A stretch of 64,000 nucleotides of DNA, from positions 371,132,001 through 371,196,000 of the forward strand of contig OZ024742.1 in assembly GCA_964016885.1 (NCBI GenBank), written 5' to 3'. Of this stretch, positions 11,542-24,419 are shown piece after piece. The DNA comes from Eledone cirrhosa (lineage: Eukaryota). The first letter of the stretch is position 1, and the number at the start of each line of letters is the position of its first letter. The notes under the pieces were generated by a model. It was given only the letters and a program-made list of their open reading frames with translations, did no database searches and was not told where the DNA came from. The translations under genes were made by a program, and so were the position numbers.

Positions 11542-14010
11542 ATCATCATCATCATCATCATCATCAACGTTTAACGTCCGTGTTCCACGCTTGCATGGGT
11601 TTGGACGGGGGTAGTCCCACTTGAGGCAAGAGTGATTGTCTTGCTCGCATAGGACTGTCTGGCAGGTTTTCTACAGTTGGATGCCCTTCCTAACACCAAC
11701 CACATTTACAGTGTGGGTCTGGGAGGTTTTTACCGTGTTGCCTACACGGCCACATTACAGCGTGGACTGTGTGTTTTTTTGTCGTGACACCTACACGATC
11801 TCATTTGTTTCGGCCTGGATGGCGCGGCACCAACATATCTTTACATAGAACGGGGTGGTGTGGATGGGGTGGGGGTGGTGGCGGGACGGGGTGTATTTTG
11901 TTAGAGATGCCTACTGGCAAGGCGGGTCTTCTCTGTTACTGAGTACCGCCAAAGGTCACGGTCCAGTGACATTGTCTTGGAGAGGTGTAAGTGTGTGAGG
12001 TCGGAGTTATCAGCTCATCCCATGTTTTTCTAGGTCTGCCTATTCCGTGGCTACCGTCTATCTTTATTGCCCTGCACTTTGTAATACAGCTATCGACTTT
12101 CATGCGCATCACGTGTCCATACCAACGCAGCCTTCTCTCGAGTAAACATCTGATCCCTCTTATCTCTAATTTTTTCCTTAGTTCGTTTATGCTTTGCCGT
12201 TCACGTATATTACTGTTACACATCCAGCGGAGCATGCAAGCTTCGTTCCTCTCTAGTCTGCGTATATCCTCTGCACACAATGCCCAGGTCTCACTACCAT
12301 GCAACATTGCTGTTCGTATGCAGGCATCGTACAACCTGCCTTTCATTTTTAGGGAGAACCCTTTAGCAGCTAATAGTGGTATAAGCTCTCTGAACTTTTT
12401 CCAACCAGTTCTGACTCTAGCTACAGTACTTTCAGAGCACCCTCCCCCACTGCTGATTTTATCGCCCAGGTAACGGAAGCTGTCCACTATTTCTATAGAA
12501 CCCTCTGCGCAATTGAAAGAGCTAGTATTTTGTGGGCACTTGCTGCTACTTATTGCACCAGAACACCGGCCACATGTAAAGTCTATGTTCTTAGTTAGCT
12601 TACCTGTGATCCCACTACATCTTTTATGCACCCATACTTTGCATTTAGGACATAAGATGGAGTTTCTACCTACGCCTTTCCTACATACCGAGCACGACCA
12701 TTTCCCAGAAGGGACCGCCGCCTTGTTTTCTTTCCTACAAACTAGAACTTTGGTCTTAGCCAGGTTAATTTTAAGTCCTTTTGACTCTAGGCCGTGCTTC
12801 CATGTTTGGAATTTCTTCTCTAGCTCGGCCATTGATTCCGCTATGAGTGTCAGGTCGTCTGCGTATAGGAGTTCCCATGGGCAGCCTGTCTTGAACTCCT
12901 CTGTTATAGCCTGAAGGGCAATAATAAATAGTAGGGGGCTGAGAACAGAGCCCTGATGGACGCCAACTTTTACGCTAAACTCTTCACTATATTCGTTGTT
13001 AATTCTAACCTTGCTGACTGTTTCTTTATACATGGCTTGTATAGCCCTCACAAGCCATTCGTCAACGCCTAGTTTTCTAAGAGCCCACCAGATAATGGAG
13101 CGGGGGACTCTGTCGAAGGCTTTCTCCAGGTCGACAAAAGCTAAGTAGAGGGGTTTACCTTTAGCTAGGTACTTCTCCTGTAGTTGTCGTACTATGAAAA
13201 GAGCGTCTGTGGTGCTTTTGCCTGACACAAACCCGAACTGCATTTCATCTAGATCAATTCTCTCTCTGATTAGTTGCGCTATTACTTTTTCCGTGACCTT
13301 CATGACCTGGTCGATTAATTTAATGCCTCTATAGTTACTCCTATCTAGGGCATCTCCTTTTCCCTTATAGCAGTTAACGATGATGCTGCTACGCCATTCC
13401 TTCGGAACAACCCCATTCTGTACGACTTGGTTAACTATCCGGGTGACCATGGTGTGTCCCACCGAACCAGATGCCTTCAGCATCTCAGCAACTATTTCCG
13501 AAGGCCCAGCCGCCTTACCAGTCTTCATATCCTTGATTGCCTTACTTATTATACTCCCCTCGACTAACACTGCTGGTCCCTCTATCGGGTCGATAAGGGG
13601 GAGACTGTCTTTCTCCCATTTATTCTCCTCATTTAGTAGCCTTTCATAGTGACACTTCCAAGCTACCTTCTTATCAGTGTCGGTGATGGCAAGTATGCCA
13701 TCATCGTTAAGTACACACTTCTCCCCGACAATATCACGGTTTTCCTTGACGCATTGCCTGGCAATCCTGAACACCTCACGTTTTTGGTCATCGCGTTGTA
13801 GAACATGCTTGAACTTTCTTTCCTCAGCTTCCCTTCTTGCTAAGTACACTTCTCTCCTAGCTTCCCTCCTGGCCACTTGATAGTCTACTCTACTTCCCCC
13901 ATCCCGCCATACTTTCCAAGCCTGCTTTTTGGCCTTAATTGACCCCTCCACCCTATTGTTCCACCACCATGTTACTCTCCTCCTGCCTACAGGCCTGCTC
14001 CAGCCACAGA
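11542..14010 (-). mobile_element. 5'-truncated RTE-clade LINE (RT with embedded PHD finger)
   Basis: ORF 11936-14086 has NYRGIKL, FVDLEKAFD, HQGSVLSP, YADD and FRYLG. Similarity to the copy at 41786-45388 stops at 14010. (TGA)n tail at 11542-11565. A 1-bp deletion near 12005 shifts the C-terminus. Confidence 0.95.
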
Positions 14011-14849
14011 ATGGAGGTAGAACACTGGAAGGTAATATCCGTAGTAGAGCACTCAGTCCATGAGACGAGTTAGGTAGTAGTAACACAAGTTAGTTCACCA
14101 TACCGAGAACAATTGTTTCACCTTTTGCGGATTTTAGTGAACTAACTGTTGTTACTACTTCTATATATATTATGTTCAGACCTACACACATGCACTTCTA
14201 TATAAACACTTATATATACATATAAGTATGTTATATATCATCTATATTTATATACCATCATATTAATAACCAACTTGACATAATTATTATATAAATAGTA
14301 TATTTTTTCTAGAACTCTAGGTTAGGTTGATGTTGTTATGCATGCCAAAATAAATTCTAAGATGTGCATTCAGAGAATAATGTAAATAGACTATAACAAA
14401 AATGAGACAAAGAAGTAAAGATATGCATACTCTCTCCATTACACACTACAGCAGAGGATACTTGTGTCCCTCTAAAAACAACATTGCTGAGGAGCTGGAG
14501 CAGCCAAGCACTGTCCACAAGCATCACCTAATACTTTCATAAGACGAATTACCAACAATAACAAACTTAATTGTCAACAGGTGTTAGCGAGGCTGAGGCA
14601 CTGGAACAGCTAAGTACTTTCATGAGCAGCACCTGATACTTCAGTAAGATGTGTCACCAATGATGAGAAAAACTTTGTCAGCCATCATAAATGAGTTACA
14701 AAGGCAAGCAATAGATTTTTGGTTTAGTTTTATGGCAGCTTCCAGTAAGATGAAAGGCAGAGGAGAATGAAATGTGCTGGCCATAAGTAATCTTGTTCTG
14801 TATGAATCATCAGATGGATACACAAACAAGTGTAGAAGAAAACCTGCAG

Positions 14850-15070
14850 GAAGATACTAGAGTACTAGATACTGATGGAGAGAGCTTTGGAGGGCACATG
14901 TAAAGACAGTATAGCGACCTGGCAATTGGTATTGATAGTTATTTTGTTTGAAATTGGTCCTTATATTTCTGGGAAGAAGAGGACAAAAGCCCTAAAGACA
15001 ATAGTGGAGGCAGTCAAAGAGTTCCAGTTGAATTTGGTGAAGGAGGAACAGAATCAATTTCCATAAAACT
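14850..15070 (+). mobile_element. Possible decayed 3' end of a restriction-like-endonuclease non-LTR element
   Basis: MERALE...QYSDLA (other frame)...GKKRTKALKTIVEA weakly resembles C-termini of RLE elements of the HERO/NeSL type. Confidence 0.3.
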
Positions 15071-15202
15071 TAAGTACCCTACACATTTCTGATAACCAAA
15101 TGGTTAAAATGTATCAGTAGAAGAGCACCCAGGAATCGTGCTCGGGATGTGATCAAACTCCCTTAAAGCATAAAGGGTTAACTTTTATGATAATACATTT
15201 CT

Positions 15203-15390
15203 AATAATAATTGTTTCTACTTTTATCACAAGGCCAGCAATTATTCCAGTGTATTACTGCTACTTTATTTTATCGACCTCGTAAGGATGAAAGGCAAAGT
15301 TAACCTCGGTGGAATTTGAACTCGGATCATAAAGGGTCGTAACTCTATGCTGCAAAGCATAGCATCCGACCTACCGATACTGCCAATTCA
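15203..15390 (-). mobile_element. tRNA-derived SINE
   Basis: Reverse complement of the family at 24172-24366, with A box TGGCAGTATCGG and B box GAGTTCAAAT. Confidence 0.85.
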
Positions 15391-17270
15391 AATAATAATA
15401 ATAATGAAATTGTGACAGTGCTCAGGTGCACTACAACTCATAGGAGAGGTAGATCAACACTTAGCCAGATTCTCTGCCTTTGCCGACTTATAGAGGAGTC
15501 CCAAAACCGCAATCTAGACCTTGCACTCATCTTTGTTGATTTTTCAAAAGCCTTCGACTCAGTTGACAGGTCAGGGATGTTTGAAATTCTACAACTCTAT
15601 GGGATTCCTGATAAAATCATCGCGGCCATACGTGTAATGTATACAGATACCAAATCAACTGTCCTGACCCCAGATGGGGAAACACCACCTTTCTCAATCC
15701 TCGCTGGAATTTTACAGAGCGATACCCTTGCTCCGTATCTATTTATCATTGTTGTGGATTATGTTTTGCGCATGTCTGTGGATAGGATTCAGGATAGGGG
15801 ATACCAACTACAGCCTAGGAGAAGCTCACGCTACCCAGCAAAATACTTGACCGACACCGACTTTGCTGACGACATCACTGGAAAATGCTGAGTCTTTTGA
15901 AGTCATTAGAGCAAGCGTCCAACTGTGTTGGACTGTACCTCAACGAATCCAAGACTGAGTGTGTGAACAGATGCCCAAACTACCCCATCAGAACCCTTAA
16001 TGGTACCACCCTTAAGCAGGTGGAAGATTACAAGTATCTTGGCTCATATATCTCCTCCTCCAAAAAAGATTTTCTAACCAGGTAGGGTATGGCATGGTCA
16101 GCGTGCAATGACATGCACGCCATATGGACATCTCAACTTACCAACAAGCTAAAACTGGAAATATTCCAAGCAACCATTAAGCCCATATTACTTTATGGAT
16201 CCGAAACTTGGACACTAACATCACAACTTGAGAGGAGATTGGATGGCACATATACCCGCCTCTTAATGAGAGTGCAAAACCTATCCTGGAAACGACATCC
16301 CACCTTGTCTAAAATCTATGGCAAACTCCCTCGAGCCTCTGCCCTTCTAAAATCCCGGAGAGCTCAATTTGCTGGCCACTGTCACCGTGCCAGCAATGAA
16401 ATCATATCCGCTCTCTTGCTCTGGAACCCTGACTCCAGCCTGACTAGGAGTAGGAAGCTGTCATTCCCTGACGTTATCACTAGGGATACGGGAATCAGCA
16501 GACAGGACCTGGGGGCAGCGATGGGGGACAGGGGATTCTGGGGCATGAGAGTGAGATCCATCATCTCGACAGTAGTCGACGAGTGATGATGATGACAACT
16601 CATCAAAGGAGCATGTATAGTACATAGAATAATGTACAAAGTGAACAGTGTATGAGTCATGATATACATGTGTGCGTGTGTTTGGCGGGGGGGGGGGGGG
16701 GGGTATTAGGTGTAGTGTTGGCGAATTTCAGGAAGCATGGAGGTTTGAAAGGATGCAGTGTCTCGACAGCTAACAACTGATGCAGGTAGTTTGTTCCATG
16801 GTTCAGCAACTCTGAGCGTGAAAAAATGTTTCTAAAAGTCATGCGAGCTGTGCTGTTTTCTGACTTTGTAGGCATGCCCACGTGTGTTAGACACATGGAA
16901 ATCAAAAAGTGCTCAGGGTTGTTGTTGGCAAGATGGTTAATAATTTTGTGGGTCTTTACCAAGTCAGTTGCCAGATGTTGGCGCTTCAATGTATCCACGC
17001 CCTGGGAAACAAGATGGAGGGTATTCGCTTGGTTGCACGTCTCTGAACAGTTCCAGGTGGTCAATGTTCTGAGCAAGATAGGGGTTCCAGACTGGTGATG
17101 CAAATTCTAAGTGTGGCCACACCATAGCTATATACAACTTTAAATAGATAGCTGGAGAGCGGCTAACAAAGGTCTTGCTGAGTGATGCTAAGACACCCTT
17201 GGCCTTCTTGACAATTTTAGAGACGTGGTTTGTCCAACACAAATCACTGCTGATAGTAATGCCCAGGTCA
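15391..17270 (-). mobile_element. 3' fragment of the CR1 family, interrupted by an RTE insertion
   Basis: 16596-17270 matches the reverse complement of ~7655-8360 (WTNHVSKIVKKAKGVLASLSKTFVSRSPAIYLKLY). The 3' tail is at 15391-15441. Confidence 0.9.
15442..16594 (+). mobile_element. 5'-truncated RTE-like LINE of a second family, with 9-bp TSD
   Basis: FVDFSKAFDSV, GILQSDTLAP, DFADD, YKYLGS, LLYGSETW. (GAT)n tail. Direct repeat ACAACTCAT at 15433-15441 and 16595-16603. Confidence 0.9.
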
Positions 17271-17992
17271 TGTATGACAATAGTTATAATTTTTTAAATC
17301 TTTAAAAATGCAGGTGATTTAGTAATATAACTGGTGTTTGAAACATAAGAAAAGTTCTTAGAGAAAACTATGATGGAAGATAAACACTTGAAAAGAAACA
17401 GGTTTATACTGTAGAAATAGGGCAGCTTTAAGTGGTTTGGTATTAACAAAGGATCATTATCTTCATTTAATGTCTGTTTTCCCTGCTAGCTAGGGTTAGA
17501 CATTTTGTTTCAGACTGGTCAGTTTCTGATCTCCAGCTGGGTCAGGGACGCAATATACAATACCATGCTCTACCAGGTGCATTTTATCATGGCACCAACA
17601 CTGGAGAATTGATGACTTTGGCGTAGTTGAAGTGTCTTCAGCCTTTGATAGACTTTCTATGGTTGGATGCCTTTACTATCACCAACCACTTTACAGGATG
17701 CTCTATGGAGGTTGTCATGTCTCGGGCACAACTGAAGTGGAAGGTCTTTAGATATAAACAGTTTTGAATCGTAGAAACAATGTTTCTGTTGGTTTGGTAG
17801 CAAGAGTTAAGGGGTGAAACACTAGCATATTCTGTTGGTGTTGGCAGTGGTGGCTTCATTGAAGACCTTCTGCAGTCTCTCTCCCTAAAGGTTTTTGTTA
17901 CCCTAATATCTACTTTTTTTTCTTTTCCCAGATTCAACAGCATTAAAAGAAACATTTGGAAGGTGCCTCAGTGAGGAGACAATTTTACAAAA

Positions 17993-18215
17993 ATGACATC
18001 AAAACATATAAGTCCATTTATCACGGGCTTACGTAGTCGCAATGACGAAAGTCGGCTGGTAACGGCCTACGAACTTTATCGCTTTGTTAACACCGATGTT
18101 CCTGAGATGCCTTTAGATGATCAGAATGCATTCATTGATGAGATTAACCATAATGTCTTTGAGATGGTCTCCAGTAGTGAAGTGCATGAAAAGAAAGGAG
18201 GAATTTTGGCTATTG
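17993..18215 (+). CDS. mTOR: mTOR kinase, coding exon 1 (N-terminal HEAT region)
   Basis: FITGLRSRNDESR...FEMVSSSEVHEKKGGILAI matches the TOR N-terminus. Acceptor ttttcccag ends at 17931 (5' UTR part 17932-17992). Donor G|GTGAG, phase 1. Confidence 0.95.
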
Positions 18216-18269
18216 GTGAGTACCTTCATTCATTTTTGTTATCCCCTTTTTCTAAAAAGACCTCATTGT

Positions 18270-18745
18270 AAGGTCGTCCTAAGGCATGGCCACACTGGGC
18301 AGTTGCCTAGGAGCCCTATGCTAATCTATGTATGCTGTGGTTGTGTATGTAAGGACCTCAGTGCAATGCTTTACCTGAGAATCAAACCAAGTCTAAGGGC
18401 TTCATGCTAACCTGTTTGCTGTTGTCTTTAGAGGTTCTATTGCATTGCCTAGCTCAGGATCCCCACAAATTCTAGGGACCTCATACTAGTATACTGTTGT
18501 TTTTAGGGGGTTCTAGTGCATTGCCTTGTCAGGGACCCCACTACATCTAGGGACCTCATACTAGTATATTGTTGTCTGTGGGGGTTCTGCTGCATTTCCC
18601 ACAAGCCCCACTAAGTAGGGACCTCTTATCTATGTATGCTGTTGTATATGTAGGGGCCCCAGTGTATTGCTTTCCCTGTGTATGTCAGGACCTCAGTGCA
18701 TTGCCTTGCCCAGGGACCGGTTTAATGCTGTTAAAATGGCCCTGC
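18270..18745. mobile_element. hAT-like MITE with internal tandem subrepeats
   Basis: Starts aaggtcgtcctaaggc and ends aaaatggccctg. The blocks agtgcattgcc and atctatgtatgctg recur inside. Confidence 0.4.
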
Positions 18746-20042
18746 CACATTGATGATTATGAAGCTTATCATTGGGCTACACAGCTGACCTCTGTTTTAA
18801 TAGGGAAAATTACCTTCAAATGCTTGTGATTACTGTATAGGTGTAAGCAGTAACCACATCACTGCTACCACATGACATGGTTGACTGGGTGCTTCTTTTT
18901 TTATTACCAGCACTACTACTTTATGGTGTGGACTGGATGAATTTTATCATGGCATCAACACCACCACTTTACAGTGAGGGCTGGATGCTTTTTATTGTCA
19001 TTCTCTCATTTTATCTATTGTAATTATTCAACTTAGAAACCACTCTTAAAGTACACACCTATAGTTATGTAGTCCTAGAAGTGTAATGTTAAAATAGACG
19101 GGATGATCATAGCTGGAACATCTTTGATATTAGATCTTCTCAGTCAGGGCTGACTGGCAACTCAAAATCACCAACATGAAGAAACACCATGTTATATTTG
19201 TAGGTTTAAAAGAACTTTTAATCTATAGTTTGTATTTACAAATGCTGCTTTTAAAAAAAAATATAATTTGAATCATCATCATCATTATTGTTTAATGTCC
19301 ATTTTCCACGCCTGCATGTGTTAGACAAGTTGTCCCATTTGAGGCAAGTCAGGTCAGGTGACTGTGTCTTGCTCATACAGAACTGATTCTGGCTAAGTTT
19401 CTTCCTAACACCAACCAATTTACAGTGTGGACTGGGTGCTTTTTGTCATGTCACCTACATGACCACTTTACAGTGTAGGCTATCTATTTATTATTTGTCA
19501 TGAAATTGTATAATAGCAAAGTTCACATTTTTTTCCAAAACAAATATGCTGACAATATAGCTTAAAATTACAAACACAAATACCATAGCTGTCAAAACTC
19601 AACACATACACGTATATATCTATTACTTAATTATATAAATATTTCACATGAAATATATAGAATCAAAACAAAAAATATTAAGTCAATGCTGTGTCAATTG
19701 GTGACACACCACAATGAGCCTCCCTCTAATTCTTTTTGAGGCAAATAATCACCATTATCATTACATCCATTTTCTATGTTGACCCTATGTTTGGCAGGTT
19801 TTCTATGGTTGGATGCCCTTCCAACCATCAACCACTTTATAGAGTGTACTGGGTATATTTGTGTAAATCACCAACACTAGGGAGGTTGTCAGGTCTTTGA
19901 CACAGCTGAAGAATTCTCCCAACCCTTTGTTTAGCAAGTTTTCTACAGCTGGATGCCCTTCCTACAACCCTTTTTCTTCAGACCAATATAATATATAAAC
20001 ACATTGAGCAAAGGTAAAACTATGTATACAAAGCTCAAATGC

Positions 20043-20213
20043 ATGTAGAGGGTCGGACGCCATGCTTTCCAGCATAGTTACGTCCCTTTATGATCTGAGT
20101 TCAAATCCCGCCGAGGTTGACTTTGCCTTTCATCCTTACGGGGTCGATAAAATATAGTACCAGTAATGCACTGGGTAATTGCTGGCCTTGTGCCTAAAGT
20201 AGAAACAATTATT
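20043..20213 (+). mobile_element. tRNA-derived SINE (5' clipped)
   Basis: B box GAGTTCAAATCC and core GCCTTTCATCCTTACGGGGTCGATAAAAT. Confidence 0.85.
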
Positions 20214-20949
20214 TAAATAATTTGACTTTTTTCCAATTCCATCCCGCCCGTCCCCACAATCTATCTTATTTCTCATTCTTTCTTCTGATGAAGGACTATT
20301 GTCTGAAACGTTAAGACCCTCTTCCTGCTATTTCAAGCGTTAACCTAATATATCCCTTCCATATACTGTACCAATTGTGTTGTTATTTCTGTTTACCTTT
20401 TACATAGATATATATATATACGCACACACAGTGAGGGATATATACTCTTTATTTAAATGATTAATTAATTTGGAGTGTGTCACCTGTATCGCAATATTCA
20501 ATTAAACCATAAATAAGCAAGGTAAAGCACTCCAGTGATTGTACTATTCCATAGATGATAGGGGTCCTTAAAGATGGGTCCTTAGAAGTTGATACATAAT
20601 GGAGTATTGATATATGTAAAATTACAACGGCAGAATAATATTTCATGTTCTATATTTCAATGAATTGTATATACATACTTGTACTTGTGGTGGCTTTTAC
20701 CTGATTAAACCGACTGGAAGGAATTCATGGGGTGTAAGTTCAATGGTAGCTGCACAGGCACTTTCGGATAGTGTAATCTCAGCATTGCATCAGTTATAAC
20801 AGAAAGCTCTTGCTTTCACACCCAACACATTTGGTGACACCAGTACCGCGATGGGGACACATGGGAGGGGGTTTGGCTGGCAGAAGTGATAAACACAACC
20901 TATTGAAGCCATTTTGTAGGCCAGCTGGAGCCAGTCTACAAAATACTTA

Positions 20950-21165
20950 AATGGATGGATGGGTGGCTAGGTAGATGTTTGAGTGGCTGGCTAGCTATAT
21001 GTATGGGTGGTTGGCGAGGTAGATGTATGGATGGTTGACTAGCTATATGTCTAGGTAGATGTATGGTTGGATGGCTAGCTAGATGGATGGATGGGTGGCT
21101 AGTTAGATGGATGGGTGGCTAGCTAGATGTATGGATGGATGGCTAGATGTATGGATGGATGGCTA
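20950..21165. repeat. Degenerate (GATG/GCTA)n tetranucleotide microsatellite
   Basis: Mixed ggat, ggct and agct tetramers. Confidence 0.8.
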
Positions 21166-21280
21166 TATAGAGAGTTATGAGTAAAAGTTGGGTAGAGTAA
21201 AACTAAAATGGTGAAATTATTAAACATGCACATAACTTTGTTATAATGGATGGGCTAACTGTTAGTTCTTTTGGATTTAA

Positions 21281-21670
21281 CCCTTTTGATACCAAACTCA
21301 CCCTTGTTCTACGACACAAAGCTGTTTATTTTAAGATGTTTATCATCATCATCATTGTCGTCTTTGTTTTTCATTCACTTTTCCAAGCTTCCATGGGTTG
21401 GAAGAGACCTCAGCTTGGCATCTCTCCACATGTCACGATCCTTTGCCTCTGTGAGTTTCAGTGATTTGAGGTCAGCTCTTACAACCTCTGTCAGGTTTTT
21501 CTTGGTCTACCTCTACCTATCTAAAAACCTATTATGATTTTATGTAAGAACTTTTTATGTTCCAAACATCAGCTTAATAAAAAAACTAAAACCTTCCAAA
21601 TTCTTGATTATTTTCAAAATTATTTGTAAAATATAGGCAGCCTTTTATTAGAAGTATGGTAACAAAATGG
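21281..21670. mobile_element. piggyBac-like MITE family A with a nested RTE-related fragment
   Basis: TTAA|CCCTTTTGATACCAA on the left and ttagaagtatggtaacaaaatgg|TTAA on the right. An insert at ~21343-21520 starts with (TCA)n. Confidence 0.6.
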
Positions 21671-22212
21671 TTAAATATTTTTTTAATTCATCTCTACTAC
21701 CCAGTCACCCACTCACCCCTCCCCCAACCTTAATTTGTCAACTGTTCAACAACTAGAACAACTAAAGTACATTTTATACATGGTTCACAGCTTCTTCATA
21801 ATGATTATCATTTTTCAAGACTTATTCTGCCACTCTTCTATTTTGACTGACATTTTTCTTTTATTCCAGCAAAAAGAAAGAAAAAAATGTTTTCTTCAAA
21901 TAGAATGACATTTTATGTCAGCAGTTTTCATTTCTCAATGTATTGGATTAACAGATAATTTATTAATGTTATTGTTTGATGTTTAAATTATGAACTTATG
22001 TGTTTATAGAATATTTGACCTTTTAACCCTTTCATTACCATTATTCCAATGAATGACTCTGACTAAATTTTTTACTTTGGGGTGATTTATTGACAATGAC
22101 ATTCTCTTTGTTTTATTTAAATAATATAACTGTGTGTGTGTCTATATATATGTGTGTGACGGCCATCAACTAGTATCCTCCATCTCCAACTAACTTACCC
22201 CCTGCTTCTTAA

Positions 22213-22417
22213 CCCTTTAGCATTTAAACCGGCTATATCCGGCCACAACTTTCTCACCTCTTTCTGTTCAAACCAGCTGTAACTGACCACTCGTACTTAA
22301 GTTAAGGTATTGTTCTCAAAATAAATATCAAAAGCTCATTATGTGAGATAATTATGAGATAAAGCCTTTACTTTGAAAATACAATAGTATATATAGAGTA
22401 ATGTAAATGGTAAAGGG
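22213..22417. mobile_element. piggyBac-like MITE family B
   Basis: TTAA|CCCTTTAGCATTTA ... TAAATGGTAAAGGG|TTAA. The body matches the reverse complement of 30315-30502. Confidence 0.85.
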
Positions 22418-22421
22418 TTAA

Positions 22422-22737
22422 TGCTGGCCAACAGGATGGAGAATACATTGCTCCAGAGGACAGCAAGGGAGACATGCTTGAACAACCGCTCCACCATGTG
22501 GGGCTCTCGCTTGTGGGCAGCCAACTCTGTTCCAATGGCAGTGAGCATGGATGGGGTCCGGGGACCAAGAATGCTGGAAGTGTCCACTGCTACATGTTCT
22601 ACCACAAACCTATCTGAGAGTGGCTGATACTTGGACAGTTTGCCCTCTTCGACCTGGTGGGCAGCAGAACATGGACTGGTAGCCGAATGCACCAGGTTAC
22701 CTCTAGAGACGGTATCACAGCATGTAGCATCACAGGA
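22422..22737 (-). mobile_element. 3' fragment of a CRE-like restriction-like-endonuclease retrotransposon
   Basis: Minus strand CDATCCDTVS...AAHQVEEGKLSKY..L...VAVDTSSILG...LFKHVSLAVLWSNVFSIL resembles the WDATCVDT / AE..K..KY / AVET.G / QRISIAVQRGNAASIL pattern. Confidence 0.65.
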
Positions 22738-23845
22738 ACATAACTTAATAATGGTTCTTACATAAAATTATGATGGAAGGTTTTTACATATAGACAGTGT
22801 CCAACTCTTGCTGGTAGAGTGAATGGATGCTATTTGATGATGATAAAGTTTAAAACAAAGTCTTTTATCATAGGAGCAGTGACAGTTTCAGACAGTTTGC
22901 TATCAAAAAGGTTAAATGTTATTACTTAATGTTTGAATCATTATTTTTTGTGTTTATAGAAAATGTCATACTTTACCAACCTGGCTAAGACTGGCTCTGG
23001 TTCTCTGAAATAATTTTATATAAGAACTTTACATTAAGTTACTATCTTAGTAACAAAATAGTTAATAATTTTAATAAATCCTTCAAAAATCATCATTAAT
23101 TCATTAAAACAGAATGTATTTCATTAGAAATGTAGTCATGAAAGGGTTAACCTTTCAATTACCATATTTCTTATGAAAGACACTGCCTATCATTTCCAGT
23201 CTTGAAAAATAGAGAATTGTGTAGTGACACTTATTAGCATTGGTGCCATGATAAAATGGACCCCAGTAAACTTTGTGAATGAAACAGTTCTAGTCCTGTA
23301 GAAGCCATTTCTATTTTAAATAATGATGCTTACACTCTACTAATATATTGTTGAGTACCTTTTTTAACTGTGGTTACCCCCCAATATTACTTCTGGTTTT
23401 CATTATATATATATCATCATCATCATCATCATCATTTTACGTCCGCTTTTTCCCTGCTTGCAAGGGTGGGACGGGAACTGATTCTGGCTTGATTTCTACA
23501 GCTGGATGCCCTTCCTAACACCAACCTCATTTACAGTGAGTGCTGGGTGCTTTTTTACCATGGCACCTCCACGACCACTTTGCAGTGGAATGATAGGGAC
23601 CCCAGTCCCTATCATCTCATTTCTACAGCTGAGTAAACTGGAGCAATGTGAAATAAAGTGTCTTGCTCAAGGAAACAACACATCACCTGGTCTGAGAATT
23701 GAACTCACAACCTTTCGATTGCAAGCCCAATGCTCTAACCACTAAGCCATGTGCCTATTACTATATATATATAGTAATAGGTAGGTTAAACTATCTAAGG
23801 TATAGAGCATCTCAAGCCCATAGGGGTGAGTTTGAATATAATTAA

Positions 23846-23972
23846 GATCACTTACTACAACGGCGCCATACCAGGTACGCACATTCATTTTCATCAAAGT
23901 AGGTTGAATAAGTTGGCCTTTGGGTCTAACAAAACATCTGTACCTGGTATGGCACCTTTGTAGAAACTGGCC
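23846..23972. mobile_element. Short MITE with ~33-bp imperfect TIRs and TTAA flanks (Kolobok-like)
   Basis: ttaagatcacttactacaacggcgccataccaggtac versus the reverse-complemented right end ttaaggccagtttctacaaaggtgccataccaggtac. Confidence 0.55.
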
Positions 23973-23974
23973 TT

Positions 23975-24160
23975 AATAATTGTTTCTACGTTAGGCACAA
24001 GGCCAGCAATTACCCAGTGCATTACTGGTACTTTATTTTATCGACCCCGTAAGGATGAAAAGCAAAGTTAATCTTGGTGGGATTTGAACTGAGTGGCAAG
24101 GGCCATAACTCTATACGTCAAAGCATGGCGTCCGACCCTCTACTAATACTGCCAATGCCA
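23975..24160 (-). mobile_element. tRNA-derived SINE
   Basis: Reverse complement of the adjacent copy. Confidence 0.85.
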
Positions 24161-24171
24161 ATAATAATCAT

Positions 24172-24366
24172 TGGTGGATTGGCAGTATCGGTAGAAGGTC
24201 GGACGCCATGCTTTCTAGCATAGTTACATCCCTTTACGGTCTGAGTTCAAATCCCGCCAAGGTTGACTTTACCTTTCATCCTTATGGGGTCGATAAAATA
24301 AAGTACCAGTAATGCACTGGGTAATTGCTGGCCTTGTGCCTAAAAGTAGAAACAATTATTATTATT
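24172..24366 (+). mobile_element. Full-length tRNA-derived SINE (core resembles a Deu/Nin domain)
   Basis: A box TGGCAGTATCGG, B box GAGTTCAAATCC, core CCTTTCATCCTTATGGGGTCGATAAAAT, (TTA)n tail. The Deu/Nin assignment is from recall. Confidence 0.85.
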
Positions 24367-24419
24367 TCATTTATTGGCCACAAGGGCTGACATGTAGGGG
24401 ACAATACAAAGACAGGAAC

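Noticed and set aside
14011-14086. N-terminus of the 716-aa RTE ORF
   Set aside because: It is flanking sequence beyond the 5' truncation point. Similarity to the full-length copy ends at 14010.
24172-24260. tRNA gene
   Set aside because: The A/B boxes belong to a multi-copy SINE head with a conserved core and (TTA)n tail, and no convincing cloverleaf is evident.
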